DNA of 64,000 nucleotides, taken from a virus. Lineage: Duplodnaviria > Caudoviricetes. Below are positions 1 through 9,627 of the stretch, piece after piece. The position numbers were made by a program, and so were the translations under genes. The first letter of the stretch is position 1. Each line of letters begins with the position of its first letter. A model generated the notes under the pieces. It saw only the letters and a program-made list of their open reading frames with translations. It was not told where the DNA came from and ran no database searches. The DNA is taken from positions 64,001-128,000 of the IMG/VR virus record IMGVR_UViG_3300020576_006124. One strand, written 5' to 3'.

Positions 1-2
1 GT

Positions 3-437
3 CAGGTAATAGATGGCGTACTAAACTCTATAGATCACTCCTTAAAAAGACAGTCCTATTATGACGCGCAAGGGATTTCAAAAGAAAGCCTCTTCTTTTT
101 TACAAACGTTGCCCTATGTAGAACTAAAGATCTTTCTGGATTGAAAGACCAAACTCCAGACTCCTTAACTATCAAGCAGTGTAGAATAAATCTCCTTGTT
201 CAATTAGCTTGTGTTCAGCCTGAGGTAGTTTTGCTGTTAGGAACTGTATCAGCAAAAGCGTTTCATATGGAGACTTCTCCGTTTAGAACTTTAGTTGATT
301 CAAGATACGGCTGTAAAATAATAAAAGACAGACATCCCGCCTTTATTATGAGATTAGAAACACCTCAAGAAAAGGCAAGTGGCTATGCTCTGCTTAGAAA
401 AACTTTCAAAGACGCAATAGAATATGTTGGAAACTAA
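3..437 (+). CDS. Uracil-DNA glycosylase family 4-like protein (5' end outside window)
   Basis: Frame is open from nt 3. It reads FFTNVALCRT...DQTP...IKQCRINLLVQLACVQPEVVLLLG...HPAFIMR, matching the family-4 UDG TNxxxCRP, PxxIxxLG and HPA motifs. Confidence 0.8.
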   Translation, partial: QVIDGVLNSIDHSLKRQSYYDAQGISKESLFFFTNVALCRTKDLSGLKDQTPDSLTIKQCRINLLVQLACVQPEVVLLLGTVSAKAFHMETSPFRTLVDSRYGCKIIKDRHPAFIMRLETPQEKASGYALLRKTFKDAIEYVGN

Positions 438-1179
438 TATGAAAAACTCAAAAGAAGACAATAAAGTACTAGAGCTTGTCCTGAGAACTGCTAATTTAGA
501 TAGGTTAGAACAAGCAATTCTTCAATACCAGAAAGGTGTTTATACAAAGGATAGAAAAGACTTTAGACCATCTGTTTCTACCAATGAATTAAAAACATGG
601 TCTCTATACTTTACTAAAGAGAAAAATAAGAAATCATGTCTTGCTATAGAATATTTAAGGAACTTGTGGTCTTTATCTAATTCATTTATGAGTTCTTATT
701 CAAATCTTATAAATTACTTGAATCGAAATGCCTCATCTTTTGCGAGTAAGGTACGTTTTGAGTATTTATACCAAACCTTATTAGAGGGTACCGATTCTTA
801 TCAGAAACTTAGGGACTTCTTGGGAATTGAGACAGTCTCTAAAATCAAACTAGGACTAAGTACACTAAGGAGTACTTATTTAAACCCTGAGGATCTTAGA
901 ATTGACATAAGTGAGGAGGAATGGACTCAAATTCAGGACTCCAGAAATTTAATTATAGCCTTTGGCTTATTTCTCTCTTCCCCATTGGTTACTAAGGTAC
1001 TTTCTGATTCTAGCGAAGACCATACAACTGAAGAGGTTCATTTTAACGTATTTCAGTTTAATGTTGCATCTGATTTTCCAAACTTACCAAGACCTAATTT
1101 TAAGTTTAAAGCTAAAACAGATCTTTATGCTGAGTCTATGTTAAATGAAATTAAAAAGATTAAAGACTTGTCTTTATAG
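424..1179 (+). CDS. Hypothetical protein
   Basis: 251-aa ORF overlapping both neighbours; no motif recognised. Confidence 0.6.
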   Translation: MLETNMKNSKEDNKVLELVLRTANLDRLEQAILQYQKGVYTKDRKDFRPSVSTNELKTWSLYFTKEKNKKSCLAIEYLRNLWSLSNSFMSSYSNLINYLNRNASSFASKVRFEYLYQTLLEGTDSYQKLRDFLGIETVSKIKLGLSTLRSTYLNPEDLRIDISEEEWTQIQDSRNLIIAFGLFLSSPLVTKVLSDSSEDHTTEEVHFNVFQFNVASDFPNLPRPNFKFKAKTDLYAESMLNEIKKIKDLSL

Positions 1180-2011
1180 GAACCTGAGAGAACGGGAGTT
1201 TTATTTCTCCCCGTATCTGAATATTCTACATAGCCCTAATCTTTCTGGAAAGACTAATCTTTTTAGGGCGCTAGAGTCTCTATGTTTCTTTAATACAATT
1301 AAGTATGAGGATGATATAACGTGGGGATTTGAGAAATCTGGGGAGGATATTACCCTCGAATTAGAAACTTCAGACTACACACTAAAGAGAACTATATCCA
1401 AATCAGAACAAACCTTTGAGCTAGGAGATCATTTCATCAAAGGTATAAAGGATGCTGAGCGTATCTTACAAAAAGAAACTAGGTTTAAACCCTATGGCTT
1501 TCTAAAAGACTTCAAAAACCTGAACTTTTTCCAAGCTAGACAAACCCTTCTTCTTTCTCAAAATACACCTCAAGAACTTTATAAGCTATTTTCTACTCTA
1601 TATGGGGTCAGCTTTTTTACTGATAATCTAAAGAAACATAAGAAGGACCTGCAGACTCAAGAGACAATTCTTTTAAACACCAATAAAGAATTGGAGAGGC
1701 AAGAAGAGAATGTTTCTTCTTTGAGGGAGGAACTAAGTTTTGTCGAGAGTCAGATTAAAGAGAAGGAAAACCTAGTTCTATTATTAGGTGCTCTTGACTC
1801 AGAAAAAAGAGTGTTAGATGAAGAGATTTCGTCGCTAGAGACTTTGTCCAGAGAGCTAGTATTTTCTTTATTCGTAAAAGATAGTACAAGCGATTTATCA
1901 ACCTTAATACTGGATATTCAGACCTTACTTATACCTGTCGGTCCTTTAACTAAAGAGGTTATTAATTCCAAATATGAAAAAGTATGTCCTACCTGTAAAA
2001 GACCGATTTGA
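1145..2011 (+). CDS. sbcC: SbcC/Rad50-like ABC ATPase, N-terminal half (Walker A, coiled coil, zinc hook)
   Basis: MKLKRL...NL start, Walker A SPNLSGKT, Q-loop-like FFQARQ, coiled coil, ending in CPTC. No Walker B. Confidence 0.85.
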   Translation: MKLKRLKTCLYRNLREREFYFSPYLNILHSPNLSGKTNLFRALESLCFFNTIKYEDDITWGFEKSGEDITLELETSDYTLKRTISKSEQTFELGDHFIKGIKDAERILQKETRFKPYGFLKDFKNLNFFQARQTLLLSQNTPQELYKLFSTLYGVSFFTDNLKKHKKDLQTQETILLNTNKELERQEENVSSLREELSFVESQIKEKENLVLLLGALDSEKRVLDEEISSLETLSRELVFSLFVKDSTSDLSTLILDIQTLLIPVGPLTKEVINSKYEKVCPTCKRPI

Positions 2012-2972
2012 AATTCTCTATTTTGGGGATGCCCATTTTCATAATTCCAAAGCCGCCTGCTCCCCAGAAGTAACCCCAGAAAAATATCTAGAACTGCTGG
2101 ACCAACTTCTTTACCATTTTGATTCGGATATAGTTATTTGTGGGGGGGATTTCTTCCACCTCCCACAATACCCAAGAGACTTTACTGTTAAAGTTATATC
2201 TAAGATAGTTTCAGCTTTAGGTCGTCATACTCAACTTATTTGGTGTTTGGGGAATCATGATATATTTGGGTACTCTAATTCTTCTTTTAATGAGACTATA
2301 CCTGGGCTACTAAAAATAACCCTAGAGGAACTAGCTCAATCAAAGAGCTTAGTTCCTACAAAACCGCTTTTGGGAATTGAAGAAAGCGGAATTTCCTTCT
2401 CCTCCAAAGAGTATGGGAATCTAGATTTATTCTTATTTGACTCTAAGACTAATCTTGAAGCTTACAAAAGATTTATAGGAAATTATTCATCTAGTACTCC
2501 ATTTATCACCTGTGGACATCAAAGAGTTGGGCCAGAAGAATCATATTATTGTCAAGGCTTTAAGAGCCTTCCTTATAGGAATAACCAAGTTATATCATTT
2601 TGGGCGGATATTCATGAACCTTTCCTAGAAAGGAATGATTTTGGAAATCCAGTAATTAATAATGGGAGTATCTGTAGAAGAACTATTTCTGAGGAATATC
2701 CTTCTCATATCTATAGAATCCAAGTTGACTTAAGTGCAACTCTACCGATAGAATCTATTACCAGAATAGATTTAAACTTTAATAGAGGAACTTTAGTTTT
2801 TCCTAAAAAGAAGAAGGACTTAAAAACAGAGCAAATATCATCTTCAGAGTCTTTATTCACATCTGAGAAAGATTATAGATCCTTAGATTTTCTAAAGTCT
2901 TTATTTAATACCAGAGACTATGACCCTATATTAGAAAAAATTCATAACGAAATGAAATCTTTGGAGAGCTAG
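1974..2972 (+). CDS. sbcD: SbcD/Mre11-like metallophosphoesterase nuclease
   Basis: Motifs GDAH, GGDFF, GNHD, GH, DIH and NNGS; located between the two SbcC halves. Confidence 0.88.
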   Translation: MKKYVLPVKDRFEILYFGDAHFHNSKAACSPEVTPEKYLELLDQLLYHFDSDIVICGGDFFHLPQYPRDFTVKVISKIVSALGRHTQLIWCLGNHDIFGYSNSSFNETIPGLLKITLEELAQSKSLVPTKPLLGIEESGISFSSKEYGNLDLFLFDSKTNLEAYKRFIGNYSSSTPFITCGHQRVGPEESYYCQGFKSLPYRNNQVISFWADIHEPFLERNDFGNPVINNGSICRRTISEEYPSHIYRIQVDLSATLPIESITRIDLNFNRGTLVFPKKKKDLKTEQISSSESLFTSEKDYRSLDFLKSLFNTRDYDPILEKIHNEMKSLES

Positions 2973-3175
2973 TGGAACTTATAGAAATACCAGAATTCCT
3001 TCTTCAGAAACTTAGAAAAAGAATACCAACTTTTGAGTCGAAAGATCTTTACTCAGTCCAAGAGATACAGACAATATTAGAGGAGCTAAAAGTACAGAAG
3101 GAGGTTCTTCATCAAAACAGAGTTAAAGTCCTTTCTGAGTTAGAGGAGTTAAAAACAAAGTACTTAAATGGTTGA
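2972..3175 (+). CDS. Small coiled-coil protein
   Basis: 67 aa with heptad-like L/E/K pattern; overlaps sbcD and the sbcC C-half. Confidence 0.55.
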   Translation: MELIEIPEFLLQKLRKRIPTFESKDLYSVQEIQTILEELKVQKEVLHQNRVKVLSELEELKTKYLNG

Positions 3176-3755
3176 AGAGTTAAAATTAGAGATTAATGAT
3201 CTGAGAGTAAGAAAGATTCTTTTAGAGAAAGACTTAGAGAGGATCAAGTCAGCCACCTCAGAACTTTACTCAACGAAGAAGTCCGCTGAGGAATTTATTT
3301 CACTTCATAGGGATTATGTTTTTGTTCTTACTAAAATAGTAGACTCTGTTGTAGAACAAATCAAGAGCTTCTCTGAAGCTCAGACTAGAAACCTAGATCT
3401 TCTATTCCCTGAAAAGAAGTATCATTGTGAGTTTGAATTTGTAAAAGACTCAGAAGGGTACTACAAAGAGATAAAGTATAAGGTATACTCTAACGGTAAG
3501 CTGATAAAAGACTTAGAGTCTCAGGAAGGTGCAAGCTTACTCAATATCAACTCCAGCCTATCTCTCATAGAGATAGTATCATCAGGGCAGATAGGCCCTA
3601 AAATACTTTTTCTGGATGAGTCTTTCGCTAACTTAGATTCCAGTAATTGGGCTAAGCTTGAGCCTTATTTAGAAGAAATTTGTAGAGAAAAAGATTTACA
3701 ATTATTCTTAATTAGCCATCATACACCACTTTCGGAAAACGTAATAACAATATGA
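3168..3755 (+). CDS. sbcC: SbcC/Rad50-like ABC ATPase, C-terminal half
   Basis: N-terminal coiled coil, degenerate signature SQEGAS, Walker B/D-loop LFLDESFANLD, H-loop ISHH. Confidence 0.85.
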   Translation: MVEELKLEINDLRVRKILLEKDLERIKSATSELYSTKKSAEEFISLHRDYVFVLTKIVDSVVEQIKSFSEAQTRNLDLLFPEKKYHCEFEFVKDSEGYYKEIKYKVYSNGKLIKDLESQEGASLLNINSSLSLIEIVSSGQIGPKILFLDESFANLDSSNWAKLEPYLEEICREKDLQLFLISHHTPLSENVITI

Positions 3756-4021
3756 ACGGATCTTTTTATACTTGTAAGAACTGTGGAAGTAATAAGGTTA
3801 ACTGTCACTTTCACATAGAAAAGGGAGGAAGTATTCTAAAGAATACGGGCTACAGACCTTTAATGTTCGAATCTAGGCTTAAGGCCTTGAACTACGCTAT
3901 ATTGAATAATATTTATCCCCCTATAGATATCTATGCTACTTCTTCCTGTGAGGTCTGCCAACACCCCAATCAAATCTACACACTCCATTCGGGATTTAGA
4001 CAGACCTTTAACAGTTATTAA
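3752..4021 (+). CDS. Zinc-ribbon protein
   Basis: CKNC and CEVC pairs. Confidence 0.55.
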   Translation: MNGSFYTCKNCGSNKVNCHFHIEKGGSILKNTGYRPLMFESRLKALNYAILNNIYPPIDIYATSSCEVCQHPNQIYTLHSGFRQTFNSY

Positions 4022-6124
4022 ATGAAAATCTTAAATGTAAATGATCTAAATAGTAAATTTTTGGGTAAGACTTTATTCTTAGAAACTCAGGAAGAACTAG
4101 ATAAGTTTTTCATAAAAGCTAAGAAAGAGTCTAAGCATACTTTTATTGATCTAGAAACTAACTCTCTTAACTGTAGGAGTGGGGATATACTACTCAACTC
4201 CTTATCTCTTAGAAAAGGTTGGGCTGTTGTTTTTAACCCAAATAAGTTCAAAAGCCTTAATTCTTTTAAAGATTATCTTCATAGACTGATGGTTTCCAAC
4301 CAGTCTATGTCATTTGATCTCCCCTGGCTATATCACCATTATGAGGTAGAACCTAAACTTACATGGTGTACAGAAATTGCAGCCCAGTATGGCTGGGGGG
4401 AATTACTCCCTTATAAATCCTTAGACTATCAGTGTCAGATGTTTCTAAATACTAAACTGGATAAAATGGTAAGAGACCAGTTTATTGGAAGGGATCCAGA
4501 AGAAGACCCTACAGATGATGAGATAGCTTATGCTGCTGCAGACACTATTGTTCTCCACGATCTAACTAGGATACAGTGGAATAGAATTAAAAACATAAAT
4601 CAACAAGATTTCTTCCTAAAATATGAAATCCCTTGCTTGGAGATTCTTACTAAAAGCTCTTATTTAGGGTATCCAATTAATGTTGATTATTTAAAGGACT
4701 CTTTATTAGAAGTAGAAGGCCAATTAGCTTCTATAAAAAATAAGTTCACTGAACTAAACAGGAGTCTGCAGCAGAAGTTAGAACCAGAACTAGATATTGA
4801 TTTCACTGTCAATCCCAGAGCTAGAGAGCAAATCATTAAACTTCTCGAACTTACTGGCATAAGAACTAATTCTATTAAAGAAGAAGTTATAGAAGACTTA
4901 TTTAATAAGAACCCTGATAACCCAGTTCTTTCTTTATATAAAGGGGAATATGCTAAGAGTAAAGCTTATTACGAAAAATACTTAAAGCCTTACTCAGCCT
5001 TTGCCTCCTCAGACTCAGAATCTAGAATACATCCATCTATTAGAACCTGTATTAATACAGGAAGAATGGCATCCAAGGATCCAAACATTATGGCTACTCC
5101 TGCTACTGGGAGATCATTAGTAAGGGCTGAGGAAGGATGCTACATAGTCTCTTGCGACTTCTCCTCTTATGAGTTTAGGGCTTGCGCTGCGGATTCAGAT
5201 GAAGAGGTTTTATTAGAAGCTTTTAAAACCAGAAAAGGTTTACTTCCGGAGATCACCTCTTTAGCCTCAAAATTTGTTGAAAGTAATGGAGTTCCTTTTA
5301 AGGATCCAGATAAGTTTACTAAAACTTACTTTGAAAAAAGACCAGATACAATAGTTCTTACAGAAAAAGAAAGATCCTTATTAGAGATTTTCTACTGCAA
5401 TGACATACATAGGCTTAATGCATCTCGCATGTGGAAGATATCTCCATTAGATGTAACATCGGCTCAGAGAACTATTGCTAAAATGTTAGGCTATGCTGTA
5501 CTTTATAGTATTACAGCAGAAAGTCTACAAATTCAGCTAAGAGGAGAAGGATTGAATTTTTCCATTGAGGAGGTAAAGGAATTTATGGGTCTTTTTACAG
5601 AGGCCTATCCTAAAATCGCTCTATCAATAAAAGATAATAATACAAAGATATCTCTTCCAAAATTCAAATCTTCTATTAGAGAAGAGTACTGGCAAGAAAC
5701 TTTACTCGGTAGAAAGAGATGGTTTTTATTCCCTAAAAATAAGAAATCAGATTACTACAGGGAAGTACTTTCTGCGAACCAGAGAGAGTCTTATAATCAT
5801 AAATTCCAAGGGAACAATGCTGATGCATTAAAGATAGCCTTACCAGAACTGGATACATTCTTCAGGAGTCTTAACAAGACAAGTGAATACGCAAGTCCAT
5901 ATTCTGAGCAGGAATATATAAGATTTGTTAGACAAAATAACTATCAAGTATCCAGGGTCTTTTGGCCTGTACACGATGAGATTAACTCAAACGTAGAAGA
6001 TAGACACTTAGATATAGTTATAAAGGAAAAACCTCTTATACTTGAAAGAGCAGGAGAAATAGCCACAGGGTATAAAGTACCAATGGAAATAGCTGTATCA
6101 TACGATAGGGTTTGGCCTAAGTAA
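4022..6124 (+). CDS. polA: Family A DNA polymerase with 3'-5' exonuclease, no 5' nuclease
   Basis: Exonuclease motifs DLET and YAAAD; TGRMAS.DPN; motif A DFSSYEFR; motif B RTIAKMLGYAVLY; QG..AD; motif C VHDEI. Confidence 0.95.
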   Translation: MKILNVNDLNSKFLGKTLFLETQEELDKFFIKAKKESKHTFIDLETNSLNCRSGDILLNSLSLRKGWAVVFNPNKFKSLNSFKDYLHRLMVSNQSMSFDLPWLYHHYEVEPKLTWCTEIAAQYGWGELLPYKSLDYQCQMFLNTKLDKMVRDQFIGRDPEEDPTDDEIAYAAADTIVLHDLTRIQWNRIKNINQQDFFLKYEIPCLEILTKSSYLGYPINVDYLKDSLLEVEGQLASIKNKFTELNRSLQQKLEPELDIDFTVNPRAREQIIKLLELTGIRTNSIKEEVIEDLFNKNPDNPVLSLYKGEYAKSKAYYEKYLKPYSAFASSDSESRIHPSIRTCINTGRMASKDPNIMATPATGRSLVRAEEGCYIVSCDFSSYEFRACAADSDEEVLLEAFKTRKGLLPEITSLASKFVESNGVPFKDPDKFTKTYFEKRPDTIVLTEKERSLLEIFYCNDIHRLNASRMWKISPLDVTSAQRTIAKMLGYAVLYSITAESLQIQLRGEGLNFSIEEVKEFMGLFTEAYPKIALSIKDNNTKISLPKFKSSIREEYWQETLLGRKRWFLFPKNKKSDYYREVLSANQRESYNHKFQGNNADALKIALPELDTFFRSLNKTSEYASPYSEQEYIRFVRQNNYQVSRVFWPVHDEINSNVEDRHLDIVIKEKPLILERAGEIATGYKVPMEIAVSYDRVWPK

Positions 6125-6128
6125 AAAA

Positions 6129-6329
6129 ATGAGTAAATTAGTAAGAAAAATAACTAATGGGTTTGTAGTACAAGTTTTTAATGAGGAGACTCGAAAAATA
6201 GTAGACCAAGAGTTTATATCTTGTGACGAGTACGAGATAACTACCTTAGATGGGGAAGTTTTAGATAGTGCTTCATATGAAGATCTTTATCATCCTTTCA
6301 ATCTAGAAGAGATACCACATAATGACTGA
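6129..6329 (+). CDS. Hypothetical acidic protein
   Basis: 66-aa ORF tightly packed in the operon. Confidence 0.6.
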   Translation: MSKLVRKITNGFVVQVFNEETRKIVDQEFISCDEYEITTLDGEVLDSASYEDLYHPFNLEEIPHND

Positions 6330-7479
6330 ACTTGAAAGAATTATACAAAAAGTAAATAAAGATAGGGACAAGCAGGGGAAAGATCCCCTAGTTATTCAAG
6401 CCAAAAAGCTTGAGCCTGTCTTCAAGATAGGAACTGGTATTGAACAGGTAGATGAAGCTTTAGGGGGAGGAATTTCAAGAGGTATCAGCACAGCTATTTG
6501 GGGTCCTCCTAATTGCGGTAAAACTTCCCTCTGTCTAACACTAGCCCGAGGAGTTATTAACTCCGGAGGTACAGTAGTATGGGTAGATACAGAAAATCTA
6601 AAACCAGAGGCTTTAGAAGCTTTCAGAGTAAATATTGACTCCCCTAACTTCTTTATTATAAGAAATAATGATTCTGCAGAGGAGATGATAGATACTGTCA
6701 ACACTATGCTATTCGATGAGGGCACTTCTAAGCATAGGGGGCTAGTTGACTTAATTATTATTGACTCTATTACTAATCTCCCCCCAGATGCTGAGAACAC
6801 TGCATTAGAAAAGACCGGACTTGCTGGGAGTGCCCAGTTAGCTAGATTACCTGCTATGTTAGCTAGATGGACAACTCAAGTAACTGGTAGAAACATGTTA
6901 GGTTATGGAGAAAAAGCTACAGCTCTTGTTTTAATTGCACAGCAAAGAGCTAATGTAGGAGACCAATACAATCCTACTCATATGTCGGGGGGACATGCCG
7001 TAAAGCACAACCCTAAAGTAATAGCTAAAGTAACTAGGGCCGGAAATACTTCTAAAAAAGATCCTAAAACCCAGCAGCTTATTCCCTATAGCCATGATGT
7101 TATTTTTGAAGTTACCAAGAATACCTCTGGAGGTATGCCTACCAAAATAAGGTATACTGTAATATACGGTGTAGGTGTGGATGATACTCCTTCTATTTAT
7201 AAGAAGGCCCTAGACAAAGGCTATATACAAAAACATCCGAAGTCAACTTTCTTCTACCTTACTTCATCTGGTGTATACAAGTTTGTTGGAAAACAGGCAG
7301 ATTCTATGGAGATACTTAATCATATTCCAGAGATTAAAGACTCTTTAAGAAATGATATTAAAGGCCCTAGAGTAACTGAGTTATTTAATCCAGATGAGTC
7401 AGAAGTAGAAATTAAGACAATTTCTTTTGAGGTTCAGGCTTCAACAGATTCTGAGGATCCTGATCAAATAGAAAACTAA
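6322..7479 (+). CDS. recA: RecA/UvsX-like recombinase
   Basis: TG...D.ALGGG, Walker A GPPNCGKT, VDTE, IIIDSI, QQR, SGGHAVKH. Confidence 0.93.
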   Translation: MTELERIIQKVNKDRDKQGKDPLVIQAKKLEPVFKIGTGIEQVDEALGGGISRGISTAIWGPPNCGKTSLCLTLARGVINSGGTVVWVDTENLKPEALEAFRVNIDSPNFFIIRNNDSAEEMIDTVNTMLFDEGTSKHRGLVDLIIIDSITNLPPDAENTALEKTGLAGSAQLARLPAMLARWTTQVTGRNMLGYGEKATALVLIAQQRANVGDQYNPTHMSGGHAVKHNPKVIAKVTRAGNTSKKDPKTQQLIPYSHDVIFEVTKNTSGGMPTKIRYTVIYGVGVDDTPSIYKKALDKGYIQKHPKSTFFYLTSSGVYKFVGKQADSMEILNHIPEIKDSLRNDIKGPRVTELFNPDESEVEIKTISFEVQASTDSEDPDQIEN

Positions 7480-7483
7480 AACT

Positions 7484-7924
7484 ATGAGTAACATTAATAC
7501 TATTGTCGTTTCCGGGTACGTTAACCGATCTTCGTCCCGAGCAATTAGTGACACACTACGAGTCCTAAACTTTACACTGTCCGTTCCTGGAGCTGGTCCT
7601 AAGGATCCAACTACGAACAAGAGAACTTATGGGTACTTTGACGTAACTCACTTCAACGCTCCTGATTGGATGGAGGCAGCGATCCTGAGCGCTCCAGACA
7701 CTAAAGGGTCTAAGGTCTATGTTCAAGGAACTCTTCAGATGGAAAGTTGGGTTGATAAGGATACTCAGAAGAATATGTACAAGACAGTCATTATTTCTAA
7801 TGATATTGACGTATCAGCTACAAAGGACTCAGTTCCGAGTAGTGAGGAGTCATCTTCTAGCAGCACTCAGCCCGTTCAGTCTTCTCCTTCTCTAACAGAT
7901 GAAGTTGCGGCCCTACTAGGCTAA
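7484..7924 (+). CDS. ssb: Single-stranded DNA-binding protein
   Basis: N...V.G, KGSKVYVQGTL..ESW.DK motif and a Ser-rich linker tail. Confidence 0.9.
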   Translation: MSNINTIVVSGYVNRSSSRAISDTLRVLNFTLSVPGAGPKDPTTNKRTYGYFDVTHFNAPDWMEAAILSAPDTKGSKVYVQGTLQMESWVDKDTQKNMYKTVIISNDIDVSATKDSVPSSEESSSSSTQPVQSSPSLTDEVAALLG

Positions 7925-7939
7925 AAAATAAAAGAGTTA

Positions 7940-7962
7940 CCCAGATCTCATAAAAATCTGGG
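7940..7962 (+). terminator. Intergenic hairpin after ssb (possible terminator or processing/stability element)
   Basis: CCCAGAT-ctcataaaa-ATCTGGG is a perfect 7-bp inverted repeat in one of the few intergenic gaps. No clear U-tract follows. Confidence 0.35.
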
Positions 7963-7983
7963 ATATATAAACATTTAAACAAT

Positions 7984-8217
7984 ATGGAAAAAGTAACCTT
8001 AGTTGGATTATTAACATACTCAGGTCCCGGGGGAGATCCTGTCTTTACAGGTTTCCTTAAAGATGAAATAGGGATTGTGCCTTGTGTAGATTGCTCCTAC
8101 GATGAAATCGTTTCGACTTATTCTGAACTGATGCCACTTATCCCCCAATATTCCTTCTCTTTAGAACATGTGTTTTGTGAAAGCTCAGCACAGCTTGTTA
8201 GAGAGGCTCAGAAGTAA
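7984..8217 (+). CDS. Hypothetical protein
   Basis: 77-aa ORF in the operon. Confidence 0.55.
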   Translation: MEKVTLVGLLTYSGPGGDPVFTGFLKDEIGIVPCVDCSYDEIVSTYSELMPLIPQYSFSLEHVFCESSAQLVREAQK

Positions 8218-8220
8218 AAG

Positions 8221-8889
8221 ATGATGTCCCGAGATGAAATTATACACCAGAGGCTCTTAGCTCCTTTTCCAGTAACGGCATTGGACTTTAAGCCTCTGGA
8301 CGGGACTATGAGGGATGGAAAGGCAAAACCTTATTGCTATCCTGATATCAGAGCAGTAACCGACAGACTTGTAAAGAGTATTGGGGTTAATGACTTCAAG
8401 ATCTCCACAGATTTTCACCATATTAGCCCCTTTCTCTATGAGAAAGTAGATAAACATAATAAAGAGGCTAAGCTTGTCGTGGAGACTCATTTTAAAGCCT
8501 GTATAGGTGTTACAATTGGTATTAGAATAGGAGAGGACAACTGGGTCACTCGGTCTAACGTTGGTGAAGCAGAGAAGAGGGCCGAAGCTATGACTACAGC
8601 ATACTCTCAAGCCTTTAAAAGAGCAGCTGTTTTGTTTGGATTAGGAAGATATTTATATGATATGGATTTGCCTCTTTACCCTTATAATCGAGGATTCGAT
8701 ACGAATAAAATCTTTCAGAGCCCTGAATTCGATGCTGCGGTAAAGAAAGCGTTAGAAGCTTCAGGCTTTGAATTCAAATGCGAAGAGACCGGACAAAAGG
8801 TTGATTGGAAAACCGCATCACTTACAGTAGCTAAACTTGGCAGAGTCCTTTCTATAGATGCTGTTAAGAAAATTACAGGAGCAGTATAA
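8221..8889 (+). CDS. Rad52/Rad22-family (Sak/DdrA-like) ssDNA annealing protein
   Basis: L.APFP start, Y.D.RAV.DRL, and the signature AYSQAFKRAAVLFGLGRYLY. Confidence 0.88.
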   Translation: MMSRDEIIHQRLLAPFPVTALDFKPLDGTMRDGKAKPYCYPDIRAVTDRLVKSIGVNDFKISTDFHHISPFLYEKVDKHNKEAKLVVETHFKACIGVTIGIRIGEDNWVTRSNVGEAEKRAEAMTTAYSQAFKRAAVLFGLGRYLYDMDLPLYPYNRGFDTNKIFQSPEFDAAVKKALEASGFEFKCEETGQKVDWKTASLTVAKLGRVLSIDAVKKITGAV

Positions 8890-9380
8890 TGGAGAAAACA
8901 GAAAGTTTAATGCCTCCTCCCTGGAAGGAACATTCTTTAATAAACCATAAGTTAGAGGTAGATATGGAGTGTCCAGAGGCCCTTAGGCCCTGGCAGCCAG
9001 ATACAGCATCATCTGGATTAGATCTGAGATCCTCTATAGATTTTACCTTAGAGCCGGGTAAAAGAAGCTTAATTCCTGTGGGGGTTAAAACTCGATTTAT
9101 TCCAGGCTATGAGGTTCAGATTAGGCCTAGATCCGGATTGGCCCTAAAGCACGGAATAACAGTATTGAATACACCAGGGACAATAGACAGTGGCTACTGT
9201 AATGAGTGGGGTGTAATACTGTTTAATACCTCTGATGAACCCTTCAAAATCAAAAAAGGAGAAAGAATTGCTCAGGCAGTGTTTTGCCCTATCTGCTTTC
9301 CCCAAATTACTTATGTAGAAAAGATTGAAGCAACTACGGAGAGAGGTTTAAAAGGATTTGGAAGTTCCGGAATAAGTTAG
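8889..9380 (+). CDS. dut: Trimeric dUTPase
   Basis: SGLDL, RPRSGLA, PGTIDSGY, RIAQ, RG.KGFGSSG. Confidence 0.96.
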   Translation: MEKTESLMPPPWKEHSLINHKLEVDMECPEALRPWQPDTASSGLDLRSSIDFTLEPGKRSLIPVGVKTRFIPGYEVQIRPRSGLALKHGITVLNTPGTIDSGYCNEWGVILFNTSDEPFKIKKGERIAQAVFCPICFPQITYVEKIEATTERGLKGFGSSGIS

Positions 9381-9384
9381 AGAA

Positions 9385-9612
9385 ATGATAAAAAAAACTA
9401 CTGTATCCTTTTATGATATTTATGATTTAGGGCTTTCAGAGGAAAGTTTTGACGAAGTTCAAGATAGTGATTTTTGCTTCGGAACCAACTTAATAACGCT
9501 AGTTTATGCAGTAGAATTAGCAGATGTTATTTCTGAAACAAATCAAGTACTAAACAAGATTATTTTAGATGATCCATATGCCCTGATTGCTTTGGAGGAT
9601 AAAACAGTCTAA
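9385..9612 (+). CDS. Hypothetical acidic protein
   Basis: 75-aa ORF. Confidence 0.55.
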   Translation: MIKKTTVSFYDIYDLGLSEESFDEVQDSDFCFGTNLITLVYAVELADVISETNQVLNKIILDDPYALIALEDKTV

Positions 9613-9627
9613 AGGCCCTTAAAAAAA

